Position numbers and translations under genes: made by a program. DNA of 64,000 nucleotides from Candidatus Xenobia bacterium (GTDB lineage Bacteria > Vulcanimicrobiota > Xenobia > Xenobiales > QWHO01): the NCBI GenBank assembly GCA_045863235.1, contig BTUM01000016.1, forward strand, positions 53,527 to 117,526, given 5' to 3'. Shown one piece after another: positions 1-8,748 of the stretch. The notes under the pieces are model-generated. The model had not been told where the DNA came from. It did no database searches and saw only the letters and a program-made list of their open reading frames with translations. Numbering within the stretch: the stretch's first letter is position 1; every line of letters begins with the position of its first letter.

Positions 1-474
1 GCAGGGACGGTCGAAGTCGCCCTGGGCAAATCCCATGCCGGCCAGCACGGTGCGGATGCGAGCGTCGATGGTCTGGGGCTCGGCGTGCTCATACTCGGCC
101 TGGAGGCGGGCGTAGCGATCCATCACCGACTTGAGCTCCGAGCCAGACAGCGTGGCCATCTCGCCCTCCAGAGCTCGCAACTCGGCCTCCATGGCGCGCA
201 CCCGGTCGAAGAGGGCGTTCATCTCCTCGTAGAGGCTCACCTCGGGGCTCAGCTGGCCCTCCTGGCCCAGGTAGCCCACCTCCACCCCGGGCGTGGACGC
301 AACGTGACCGGAGTCCGGCTCGAGCTGGCCGCTCAATATTTTGAGCAGGGTGGTTTTGCCGGTGCCGTTGCGGCCGATCAGGCCGAGCCGCTGCCCGGCC
401 ACCAGGGCCAGGTTGACCTTGCTCAGCACGGTGTGGCCCCCGTACGACTTGCTCACGTCCACCAGCGAGATCAT
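1..474 (-). CDS. ABC-F family ATP-binding protein, N-terminal part (runs off window start)
   Basis: Manual translation from ATG 474: MISLVDVSKSYGGHTVLSKVNLAL..GLIGRNGTGKTTLLKIL (Walker A), VGYLGQE, helical arm, then RIRTVLAGMGF. ATGA overlap with the upstream gene's stop. Confidence 0.85.
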   Translation of the reverse strand, partial: MISLVDVSKSYGGHTVLSKVNLALVAGQRLGLIGRNGTGKTTLLKILSGQLEPDSGHVASTPGVEVGYLGQEGQLSPEVSLYEEMNALFDRVRAMEAELRALEGEMATLSGSELKSVMDRYARLQAEYEHAEPQTIDARIRTVLAGMGFAQGDFDRPC

Positions 475-1229
475 AGAGCTCCGGCCGCCTTCAAGAGCGA
501 GCGCCCCAGCCGGATGCGAAGCTGAAAGAAGTCCGCCGGCACCGGGTGGGGCTGATCCACCAGCACGGCAAAATAGAGCGGGCCCTGCTCGCGCTCCACC
601 CAGCCCACCCACCAGCCATAATCGCGGTCGCGGGTGCGGGCCCAGCCGGTCTTGGCAAAGATCCGATCTTGCTGGAGGTCCATCAGGGCCACCACCGTGT
701 CCCTCGAGCGCTTCGAGACCGGCAGGCGCCCATCGTGCAGGCGTTCCAGGAACTCAACTTGCTCGCGGGGCGAGATGGCCAGGGGCCCGTCCAGCCAGAA
801 CCGGTCCACTCGCTTGCCGACCTGAGCGTTGCCGTAGCCAAGCTTCTCGACCCAGCTCCGCATGCGGTCAAGGCCCACCTGGCGAGCCACCTCCTGGTAG
901 TAGTGCACGGCCGAAACCCGGAATGCGCGGTCGAGGCTCATGTCCTGATTCCAGTTGGCGATCTCGCGCTCGACCCCGTCCCATTCGAGGTCCATGGGGA
1001 GCACGCCGCACTCGAGACCGATCAGCGAATTGGGGATCTTGAAGGTGGAGGCTGGCACGTAACGACGCTGGCAGCGATCAGGGTGAAACTCGCGAAACCC
1101 GTGCTCGCGATCATAGAGCACGGCCGCGCCGTCCACCTTCTCGGCGGCAAAGCAGGTCGCGAAGTCGATTTCACCTGCCACGGCCGGAAGCGCGAGCGTC
1201 AGAACGAGGAACCAGAGCCAGCCTTTCAC
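471..1229 (-). CDS. Class D (OXA-like) beta-lactamase / penicillin-binding family protein
   Basis: Signal peptide; PASTFK (SxxK), SAV (SxV), YGN, FWLDGPL and KTG motifs. Confidence 0.85.
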   Translation of the reverse strand: MKGWLWFLVLTLALPAVAGEIDFATCFAAEKVDGAAVLYDREHGFREFHPDRCQRRYVPASTFKIPNSLIGLECGVLPMDLEWDGVEREIANWNQDMSLDRAFRVSAVHYYQEVARQVGLDRMRSWVEKLGYGNAQVGKRVDRFWLDGPLAISPREQVEFLERLHDGRLPVSKRSRDTVVALMDLQQDRIFAKTGWARTRDRDYGWWVGWVEREQGPLYFAVLVDQPHPVPADFFQLRIRLGRSLLKAAGAL

Positions 1230-1289
1230 GGCGCTGCCTTTCGTCGCCGGGCACAGGAGGCCTGCGCCCCGGCTCGAAGCCCTTCCAGT

Positions 1290-1574
1290 ATGAAGAGAAT
1301 GCTGCTTGCTCTATTGCTGGCGTTGCTGCTCCCCGCTCTGGCAGCGACGTCCGCGGCCACCTTCACCGTCCAGGGCATGTCCTGAGGGGCCACCTGCGCC
1401 AGCCGTGTGCGGGCCATCGTGAGCAAATTGCCCGGAGTGAAGTCGGTGAATGTGAATTTCGGCAAGTCCACTGCCGAGGTGCGCTTCGATGACGCCATAA
1501 CCGACCCCCAGAGACTTTCCCAGGGCCTCAAGGACGCCAGCGGAGGTCGCTACTCGATGCAGGTTCGCCCCTGA
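1290..1574 (+). CDS. Secreted heavy-metal-associated (HMA, MerP/CopZ-like) protein with in-frame TGA at the first metal-binding Cys; candidate selenoprotein
   Basis: MKRMLLALLLALLLPALA-ATSAATFTVQGMS-[TGA 1383-1385]-GATCASRVRAIVSKLPGVKSVNVNFGKSTAEVRFDDAITDPQRLSQGLKDASGGRYSMQVRP. The HMA pattern continues in frame after the TGA. Confidence 0.75.
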
Positions 1575-1713
1575 CCACCCGCGAAACGCGGTTCAGGGGG
1601 TCGACCAGAGCCCGGCCCCACCCTTGGGGGGGAAGGCCGGGGTCCTGGCACAGTATGGTGATCGGCACGTCCTTTCGGCCGCGCCGCCAGCTCACTAGGA
1701 GACCAACCAGCGA

Positions 1714-2592
1714 ATGCCTCCGTTTAGCTCCGGTTTTCAACTGAAGATCATCGAGGGTACGGGCCGCGGACAGGTGTTCCCGCTCGACACCAAGGAGCTG
1801 ACCATCGGGCGGGCTGCCAACCCTGGCGAGCGCGCGCCGGGCTACGTGTTCCTCTACGACGATACGGTTTCTCGCATTCACGCCCAGTTGTTCTGGGATG
1901 ACGAGCAGAACGGCTACATTCTCCATCACCGATCCCAGACCAATCCAACGATGATCAACGCGGCCCCTGCCGAGGAGCCACGCCTGCTCGAGCCGGACGA
2001 CTCCATCACCATCGGCAAGGTGGTCCTGCAAATTCAGCAGATCGAGCGACGCTGGGCCGGTGCTGTGGCACCGATGGTGGCTCCGGGTGCCCCCACCCCA
2101 TCCGCTGAAGCCCCCGCTGGAATCCCGACCCTTCAGAGCAAAAGGCCCCATGTACCCATGCCCACCGAAACCCGCAAAGTGGCCGTGCGCATCACCATGG
2201 GCGGCAACAAAGGGGGCCAGCGCAACGAATTTCGCCTCAAGGTGGTGGAGGGTCCCGATGCCGGGCAGTCCTTCCCCCTCAAGGGCACCATGGCCCTGGG
2301 CCGGGACACGGGGGAAGGGCAGGCCAACGCCGTGTTGCTCCGCGATGAGTTCGTCTGTCCCGACCACGCCGTGCTGCGCTGGAGCGAGCCGGACGGCAAG
2401 TATCAGCTCCTGTCCATCGCAAGTCCCGTGGCCATCCAGCGCACCATGGAAGGGCTGGTCTGGAGCACCGAGGTGCCCACCGAGGGACGGCTCTTGCTCG
2501 AGTCCCAGGACCTTCTCCGACTCGGCAACACGCGCCTGGTGATGGAGATGACGGTGGTCGATGAGGAGGAAGAGACCGCCCGGCTCACGTGA
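1714..2592 (+). CDS. Tandem FHA-domain protein
   Basis: Two FHA-like modules (TIGR..VSRIHA..SQTNPT; ALGR..VCPDHA) joined by a Pro-rich linker; AGGAG RBS. Confidence 0.8.
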   Translation: MPPFSSGFQLKIIEGTGRGQVFPLDTKELTIGRAANPGERAPGYVFLYDDTVSRIHAQLFWDDEQNGYILHHRSQTNPTMINAAPAEEPRLLEPDDSITIGKVVLQIQQIERRWAGAVAPMVAPGAPTPSAEAPAGIPTLQSKRPHVPMPTETRKVAVRITMGGNKGGQRNEFRLKVVEGPDAGQSFPLKGTMALGRDTGEGQANAVLLRDEFVCPDHAVLRWSEPDGKYQLLSIASPVAIQRTMEGLVWSTEVPTEGRLLLESQDLLRLGNTRLVMEMTVVDEEEETARLT

Positions 2593-3767
2593 CCCGCTCG
2601 CTGGAATGCTCAGCCACCTGCGCCTTCGGCCTGGAGGGGGTGGTGGCCCGTGAGCTGGAGGGGATCGGGGTCCAGGGCGTCCGCTCGGACAACGGCAGCG
2701 TGTCCTTTCAGGCCAGCCCTGAGGAAGTGTGCCAGACGAACCTGTGGCTGCGCACCGCCGACCGGGTGTGGGTGGTGGCCGGCCGTTTTCCAGCCCGCAG
2801 CTTCGAGGAGCTGTTCAGCGGTGTGCGCGCCCTGCCCTGGCCCGACCTTCTGCCCCGCCAGGCCGCCTTTCCGGTCGAGGGGATGAGCCACAACTCCCAG
2901 CTCTCCAGCGTGCCAGCCTGTCAGGCGGTGGTCAAGAAGGCCATCGTGGAAAGCCTGAAAGCGCGTTACGCCGTGGAGCGCTTCCCCGAGGACGGCCCTC
3001 TTTTCAAGGTCCGGGTGGCGCTGGTGAAGGACCAGGCGACCATCTCCCTGGACTCGAGCGGGCCGGGCCTGCACCGCCGGGGCTATCGCAAGCTGACCGC
3101 CGAAGCCCCCTTGCGAGAGACGCTGGCCGCCGGATTGGTGCTGCTCAGCTACTACCAGGCCGACCGGGCCCTCTACGACCCGTTCTGCGGGTCGGGCACC
3201 ATCTTGATCGAGGCCGGCTGGATCGCGCTCGACCGGGCTCCCGGGCTGACGCGCAACTTCGCCAGCGAGGGCTGGCCCTGGATCGGGCGAGCCCGCTGGG
3301 AGCGCGCTCGCCGGGAGGCCGAAAGCCGACGCATTCACGGCCGTCGCCTGGCCCTGCTCGGCAGCGACGCCGACCCGCGCGTGCTCAGCCTGGCCCGCTA
3401 CCACGTTCACGCGGCCGGCCTGGGCAAGGTGGGCGTCTCGCTCCTGCGTCGCGAGGTGCGCGACTTTGCGCCCGAGCAAGAGTATTCCGTGATGATCACA
3501 AACCCGCCCTACGGCGAGCGCCAGCAGGACAGACCGGCGGCCCGGGCCCTGGCGGCCGAGCTCGGGCGCGTCACCGAGCGTCTGAAGACCTGGTCGTTGT
3601 ACTGCCTGACCTCCGACAGCGAGTTCGAGCGGGCCTTTGGACGCAAGGCGACGCGCAAGCGCAAGCTCTACAACGGCATGCTGCAGTGCACCTACTACCA
3701 GTATCCGGGACCGCGTCCGCCGGAGGGGTTCGCGGCGATTCCGAGCGTGCTGCCGGACGAGGTCTGA
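2589..3767 (+). CDS. THUMP-domain class I SAM-dependent RNA methyltransferase (RlmL/YpsC-like)
   Basis: FGLEGVVAREL, NLWLRTADRV, LHRRGYR..APLRETLAA, DPFCGSGT, NPPYGER. Confidence 0.9.
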   Translation: MTRSLECSATCAFGLEGVVARELEGIGVQGVRSDNGSVSFQASPEEVCQTNLWLRTADRVWVVAGRFPARSFEELFSGVRALPWPDLLPRQAAFPVEGMSHNSQLSSVPACQAVVKKAIVESLKARYAVERFPEDGPLFKVRVALVKDQATISLDSSGPGLHRRGYRKLTAEAPLRETLAAGLVLLSYYQADRALYDPFCGSGTILIEAGWIALDRAPGLTRNFASEGWPWIGRARWERARREAESRRIHGRRLALLGSDADPRVLSLARYHVHAAGLGKVGVSLLRREVRDFAPEQEYSVMITNPPYGERQQDRPAARALAAELGRVTERLKTWSLYCLTSDSEFERAFGRKATRKRKLYNGMLQCTYYQYPGPRPPEGFAAIPSVLPDEV

Positions 3768-3770
3768 GGC

Positions 3771-4457
3771 TCACCTGAAGAGCAGAGAGACCAGTTTGTC
3801 CACCATCGGGTCGTCCTCATCCTCGAAAACCAGACCCACGTGGAACTTCCGGTCCTGTGGCCGGCTGCGAATCGTCAACACCTGGGCTGGAACCGCCAGG
3901 GCAGGCAAGACGCCGCTCGCCTCTGTGTTCAGTTTGCATCGGGTACCCAGAGACGCTTCCGAGTCCGTCAAGAGCATGGCCCCACCCCTGCCGATGTTGA
4001 GCAAGGTTCCCTCGGCAATCGTCGTGTCGGAGAGATTGGTCAGATAGGCCCGGTGACCCGACCGGACGCGCACCTGGGTCCGCCTCTCCTTGACGTTGTC
4101 CTGGGAAAAACCCGAGCTGACCAGGGTCTCTTTGAGCCAGGAGAGCGACTTGGCCTCTTCCGTGTCGTCAAAGACCAGTCCGGCCCCGAGACGGCTGGCC
4201 CAGACCGTTCGGCACCGCACCAGCCCTTTCTTGGAGGCTGGAACGCTCACGGCCACGTTTGACCGATTCGACAGCCGCTCTACGGGCTCGACACGAATCC
4301 CGGCCACGCTGATCTCGGTGATCGTGGCGGCAAACGAGCTCTTCTCGGTGCGCACCTCGGCCTGAATCTTGCAGGCCAGGCGTCGGACGCGCCTGCGTTC
4401 CTTCGCAGGTGCCCGGTGACCCGGTAGAAATGCCTTGATTTGTCTCCACAGGCTCAA
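3771..4457 (-). CDS. Tandem PilZ-domain (c-di-GMP-binding-like) protein
   Basis: Two RxxxR plus [DEN]-I-[SG]-x-x-G sets: ERRRVRR..EISVAG and ERRTQVR..NIGRGG. Confidence 0.75.
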   Translation of the reverse strand: MSLWRQIKAFLPGHRAPAKERRRVRRLACKIQAEVRTEKSSFAATITEISVAGIRVEPVERLSNRSNVAVSVPASKKGLVRCRTVWASRLGAGLVFDDTEEAKSLSWLKETLVSSGFSQDNVKERRTQVRVRSGHRAYLTNLSDTTIAEGTLLNIGRGGAMLLTDSEASLGTRCKLNTEASGVLPALAVPAQVLTIRSRPQDRKFHVGLVFEDEDDPMVDKLVSLLFR

Positions 4458-4517
4458 GTCTGGTGCTTTCGTTTTGCCGGAAGAAGCATCCTTTCGTCAG
4501 CCGGCTGCCTGGCGAAG

Positions 4518-5018
4518 TTAAGCCTCGCTCTTGGCCCCACTCAGCTTGCTGATGCCCCCCAGCGTGGTGAAGAAGCCACCAAGTCCCATGGCTACGGCGG
4601 TGAGACCGCCGACATGGCCGAAGGCGCCGGCCGCGCTGGCCATGCCGAGCACTCCGCCGGCGCACATCAAAGTGCCGCGCAAGACCCGGTTGTCATCACC
4701 CTGAGCCCACTGGTCGGAAGCACCGCTGAAGGCCAGCAGGCCACAAAAGCGCATGGCGCCGTTGAGCAGCGTGCCGGTAGGCACGGCGGCGATGGCCGGC
4801 AGGCCGAACATGCTGGGGATGCCGATGGAGGCGGCCGCCACCAGGCCGGTGCCGATCACGGCCAGGGCCACGCCGCTGGCGATGTTGCCCTTGCGGGGGG
4901 CCTGATCCTGGCTCAGGGTCACCGTCTCTTGCGGAGACGAAAGGCTGGGGGATGCTTGCTGGGGCGAGGTGGAGCGAAAGGCGCTGATGGCCGGGGTGGT
5001 GGCGGTCTGGATGGTCAC
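4518..5018 (-). CDS. Hypothetical Gly-rich membrane protein with Ser/Thr/Pro-rich N-terminus
   Basis: GTG start at 5018 behind AGGAGG; disordered N-terminus, then about four Gly/Ala-rich hydrophobic segments. Confidence 0.65.
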   Translation of the reverse strand: MTIQTATTPAISAFRSTSPQQASPSLSSPQETVTLSQDQAPRKGNIASGVALAVIGTGLVAAASIGIPSMFGLPAIAAVPTGTLLNGAMRFCGLLAFSGASDQWAQGDDNRVLRGTLMCAGGVLGMASAAGAFGHVGGLTAVAMGLGGFFTTLGGISKLSGAKSEA

Positions 5019-5119
5019 GGAATGGGTTCCTCCTGTTGTCTCTCTCTGGGGCCATTCTGGCACAGGTCCGGCCCGACTCAGGTTAAAGCTCTGTTTCAGC
5101 GAGTTACCGGCGTGTTGCT

Positions 5120-5152
5120 TTTCAGCTCCCTTTCAGCCACCCGGACCATCAT
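5120..5152 (+). promoter_or_regulatory. TTTCAG-N5-TTTCAG promoter element, copy 1
   Basis: TTTCAG ctccc TTTCAG, N10, CATCAT, N6, ATG 5159. Confidence 0.7.
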
Positions 5153-5158
5153 GCATGC

Positions 5159-6424
5159 ATGATCACGTCGGTCTCGGGCAATGCCACGGCCACCTGGCTC
5201 CAGCCCATCCACTGCGCCCAGGTCGAGGGCCAACCCGACCGGTTCGAGCCCAGCGAGCCGGCCCCGCTCAAGATCTGGTTGCTGCACGGCAGCTACACCG
5301 GCGGTCACGCCTCGGCCGCTCGCTCGGTCAAAGAAGCGCTGCAGGAGCAGTGTCCCGAGGCCCAGGTCGAGATCATCAACCACGCCGACCTTTCCAAAAA
5401 CCCGATGCCGTTCTCCACGGCCGCCGAGAAGGCGCTGGAAGGTGGCGCCATCCGCCAGACGGTGCGCAACTGGGGGTTCGAGCGCAACTTCGAAGGCGAC
5501 CCGCTGCAGAAATGGTGCGCCCGCCAGGGCATGAAGGTGGAGGCCTTTCTTACTGACAGCCTGCTCGAGCGCATCCAGAACGAGCAGCCGGACGTGCTGG
5601 TGGCCACCCAGGCGCCGACCGCCGACATGCTGAGCTACTGGAAAGAGAACCAGGAGTTTGCCGCCCCGCTGCACGCTGTTGTAACCGACTTTGGAGCCCA
5701 CCAGATTTGGAGCCAGGAGGGCGTTTCGCGCTACTATGTGGCCGCCGAGAGCACCCGGGGTGATCTGGAGCGCTTTGGCGTCGACACCAGCCAGGTATCT
5801 GTCACCGGAATCCCCATCCGACCAGCCTTCGCTCGCCCTCCTCAGGACCGGGCTGAGATGAAGAAGAAGCTGGGCCTGGACCCTGAAAAGCCGTTCGTGC
5901 TGGTTCTGGGAGGCGCCCTGGGAGCCGTCAACTTCAACAAGACCGTGGGAGCCCTCGATGATCTCCCCTGCGACTTTCAGATCGCGGTGGTGTGTGGCAA
6001 GAACGAAGCGGCGCGCAAGGCACTGGAGGCGGATACCTTCAGCCATCCCGTGCAGGCGCTGGGGTTCGTGGACAACATGGTGGACTACCTGGACGCCTGC
6101 GACCTGATCGTTTCCAAGCCCGGCGGCCTCTCCACCTCGGAGATCCTGGCCCGGGGTCGGGCCATCCTGATCCTCGACCCCATCCCGGGGCTCGAGACGC
6201 AGAACGCCAGGCGCCTCACCCAGGCCGGAGTAGGGCGCTGGGCCAGCGATCTCACGGACATGGGCAAGCACGCCCTGGAGTTGCTCGGGAGCCCGGACAA
6301 GCGGGCCGAGATGGAGAAAGCCGCCCAGGCCATGGGCCGTCCCAACTCGGCCGCCGACGCAGCTTCGCAGATTCTGGCGGCCGGCTGGGAGCACCGCGAG
6401 CGGCTCTCCACCAGCGCCATCTGA
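5159..6424 (+). CDS. MGDG synthase / UgtP-like glycosyltransferase (GT28 C-terminal domain) with N-terminal extension
   Basis: GGHASAA, PDVLVAT, VVTDFGAHQIW, VTGIPIRPAF, GFVDNM, SKPGGLSTSE, PIPGLETQNA. Confidence 0.88.
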   Translation: MITSVSGNATATWLQPIHCAQVEGQPDRFEPSEPAPLKIWLLHGSYTGGHASAARSVKEALQEQCPEAQVEIINHADLSKNPMPFSTAAEKALEGGAIRQTVRNWGFERNFEGDPLQKWCARQGMKVEAFLTDSLLERIQNEQPDVLVATQAPTADMLSYWKENQEFAAPLHAVVTDFGAHQIWSQEGVSRYYVAAESTRGDLERFGVDTSQVSVTGIPIRPAFARPPQDRAEMKKKLGLDPEKPFVLVLGGALGAVNFNKTVGALDDLPCDFQIAVVCGKNEAARKALEADTFSHPVQALGFVDNMVDYLDACDLIVSKPGGLSTSEILARGRAILILDPIPGLETQNARRLTQAGVGRWASDLTDMGKHALELLGSPDKRAEMEKAAQAMGRPNSAADAASQILAAGWEHRERLSTSAI

Positions 6425-6805
6425 TCAACCAGCCGCCAACCGATCGAGATAGACGTGCAACTGCCCCATGACCTCCTGGGCCTGCAAGAAGGTCCGCACG
6501 CAGTTCGCCATGGCTTCCTCGGAGGGATTGGCCACGTATTCCCCCAGCGCATCCACCGCGATCTGGGAGATGTCCAGGGCCGTGCAGGTCATTCTCTGCT
6601 GCTCCTCAAGGGCCTCGCGCACCTCCTCGGGACCGGTGATGGAGGTGACCGCTGCGCGGGACTCGCGCAACTCGGCGGCCAGGGCGTCCTGGTAAGTGAC
6701 CAGGGCGTCGGCCGGCAGGCGCCCCTCGTGGACCTCCTTGAGGGCCGAGAGCAGCGACGCAAAGCTGGGATGCTCGAGATCGACCGGAGCGCTCTGGTAG
6801 CTCAT
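6425..6805 (-). CDS. Small alpha-helical hypothetical protein coupled to the upstream amidase-like gene
   Basis: ATGA overlap with 6802..7593; acidic helical sequence. Confidence 0.6.
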   Translation of the reverse strand: MSYQSAPVDLEHPSFASLLSALKEVHEGRLPADALVTYQDALAAELRESRAAVTSITGPEEVREALEEQQRMTCTALDISQIAVDALGEYVANPSEEAMANCVRTFLQAQEVMGQLHVYLDRLAAG

Positions 6806-7593
6806 TTCGTGTAGTAGATCCCGCTGTTGGGGTCTTTGTTGCGCTCAGAGATCACCTGGTGGCCGGGCCGATCATTGTTGGAGCCGATGGTGCGGGTGCC
6901 GCCGGCGGCGGTAACGAGCTCCACGTGCCCGCGCGAGTGATTCATCCAGACGTCGCCCGGCTTGGCCTGGCTGGCCGGAATCCGGCGCCAGCCCTGCTTG
7001 ATGAGGGCCTGCTCCATCGACTTGACGTTGACGTGATGGCCCTGCAGCTTGCCGGTGTTCTCCAAGAGCGAGCTGACAAAGTCGGCGCAATTGTTGGTCT
7101 GGCCGCCTGCGGCCGTGAATTTGGGCAGCTTGCCCTTGATGTCGATCGAGTTCTGGCCGATGAACTTTCGGCCCAGCTCGACCGCGTCGTTGCCGGAGTT
7201 GCCGCTAGGGGTCACGCTGCCAGCGCTGCCGGTGCTGCCCGAGCTGCCCACGCCCGAAGGAGAGCTCCCCCCACCACCGCCGCCTCCGTTATTGAAGAGG
7301 GGCACGCCGGCCAGGCCGCCGGGAGCGATCCCGCTCTCGGAGGTGGCTCCCCCGCTGCCGCAGTTGGCGCAGCCTCCCCCGCCGCCCATTGCGCCCGACT
7401 GGCCGACCATCAGTCCCATCAGCATCCCGATCAGGTACTGCTGCATGTTGTACTGCTGCATCATAGCGCCATCGAGTCCCATCGGGCCGCCCAGGCGATT
7501 GACCGCCGCCCCCAACCCCATGGGCGCGTAACCGCTCATTTGGCTGAGATCTCCGGGGCCGCCCAGGGCCGTCAGTGCAGTGAGTGGGTCCAT
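6802..7593 (-). CDS. Gly/Met-rich N-terminus fused to a CHAP/NlpC-P60-like (papain-like) amidase domain
   Basis: C-terminal NNCADFVS..AKPGDVW..GHVELV..IGSN pattern (Cys/His dyad); AAGGAGG RBS; no Sec signal. Confidence 0.7.
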   Translation of the reverse strand: MDPLTALTALGGPGDLSQMSGYAPMGLGAAVNRLGGPMGLDGAMMQQYNMQQYLIGMLMGLMVGQSGAMGGGGGCANCGSGGATSESGIAPGGLAGVPLFNNGGGGGGGSSPSGVGSSGSTGSAGSVTPSGNSGNDAVELGRKFIGQNSIDIKGKLPKFTAAGGQTNNCADFVSSLLENTGKLQGHHVNVKSMEQALIKQGWRRIPASQAKPGDVWMNHSRGHVELVTAAGGTRTIGSNNDRPGHQVISERNKDPNSGIYYTK

Positions 7594-7699
7594 CGGTCAA
7601 CCTCCTTGTCGTGTCTGCATCTTACCACCTCGAGCAGGGCTCCCCCAAGTGGGCAGGTTAAGAAAATGAAACCGATGTGAATTGTTTGTATCCGACTTG

Positions 7700-7875
7700 C
7701 GAACAGGGGAGGGCGCCAGTTGGCGAGAAGTGGGCCATGCGTCGGGAGTTCGGGAAGCCGGTGAGAATCCGGCACGGTTGCCGCCACTGTAAGCGAGGAG
7801 TCCGGAAGCGCCACTCTCCCGAGGGGAAGGCCTTCCAGGAGGGCACGGATCCGCGAAGTCAGGAGACCGGCCCGG
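7700..7875 (+). ncRNA. Cobalamin (B12) riboswitch
   Basis: Core elements GGGAA-GCCGGTGAGAATCCGGC-ACGG..GCCACTGTAA, GCCACT..GGGAAGG and the B12 box AGTCAGGAGACCGGCC, directly upstream of a BtuFCD-type transporter. Boundaries approximate. Confidence 0.9.
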
Positions 7876-7953
7876 CGCGCGACCAGCGGCCCCCTCCGGA
7901 CAAGAGGCGGGCAGGGCGCCGCTGAGCCTGGAAGAGAGGCAGGGCGCCCCGAA

Positions 7954-8748
7954 ATGCGGTTCCTGAGCGCGCTGATCGCGCTGACTCTGCTTTGCGGCTG
8001 CGCCTCCCCACCCCGAGCCTCCTCCGGGCCGGCCCAGCGCATCATCAGCCTGGTGCCCAGCCTGACCGAGGTCCTGTTTTCGCTGGGTGCCGGACCGCGC
8101 GTGGTCGGCGTGACGGCCAACGACCACTATCCCCCCGAGGTGGAGGAACTGCCCCGGGTGGGCGACATGGCCCCCGACTACGAGCGCATCCTGGCCCTGC
8201 AACCCGATCTGGTGGTGGCCGACCCGGGCATGCAGCCGCGTGAGATCACCCGCCTGCGCGAGCTCGGGCTGCCGGTCCTGAGCCTGCCCTCCCAGAGCCT
8301 GCAGGGTCTGCAGCGAGCCCTCGTCGAGTTGGGCAAGGCCACCGGCACCGAGGCCCGCAGCCGGGAGCTGCAGAGCCAGCTGGCAGGCCTGAAACCGCCC
8401 ACCGGACCGGGAGTGCGAGTTTTCGTGGAAATCTGGGACAAACCGCTCATGACCACGGGGGGCGGCACGTTCGTGGACGAGCTGATTACCCTGGCCGGAG
8501 GTCGCAACGTCTACGCCGACCGCAAGCAGTACCCCAGCATCAGCGTGGAAGACCTGCTGCTACGCCAGCCCGAGGTGATCGTGCTGACAGTGAGCCGGGT
8601 GGAGGAGGCCCGCTCCCGCCCCGGCTGGGATCGCCTGGCCGCCGTGCAGAGCGGACGGGTGTACCGCATGGAGTCAGACCTCCTGGTGCGGCCCACCCTG
8701 CGGCTCCCACGAGCTGTGGAGCAGTTGGAAGGCTTTCTGAGACCATGA
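7954..8748 (+). CDS. btuF: Cobalamin ABC transporter substrate-binding lipoprotein
   Basis: Lipobox LCGC; RIISLVPSLTEVLFSLG, GGGTFVDELITLAGGRN; downstream of B12 riboswitch. Confidence 0.85.
   Translation: MRFLSALIALTLLCGCASPPRASSGPAQRIISLVPSLTEVLFSLGAGPRVVGVTANDHYPPEVEELPRVGDMAPDYERILALQPDLVVADPGMQPREITRLRELGLPVLSLPSQSLQGLQRALVELGKATGTEARSRELQSQLAGLKPPTGPGVRVFVEIWDKPLMTTGGGTFVDELITLAGGRNVYADRKQYPSISVEDLLLRQPEVIVLTVSRVEEARSRPGWDRLAAVQSGRVYRMESDLLVRPTLRLPRAVEQLEGFLRP

Noticed and set aside
1383..1385. Genome-wide TGA recoding (genetic code 4 or 25)
   Set aside because: TGA ends many intact genes at their expected C-termini (msrB, btuC, MocR), often in ATGA overlaps.
7654..7681. TTCACA/TTCATT/TTAACC repeats upstream of the amidase-like gene, and CTTTAACCTG near 5080, as further TTTCAG or pho-like boxes
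   Set aside because: Spacing (11 then 9 bp) and distance to the -10 do not match the eight good copies; too degenerate to count.
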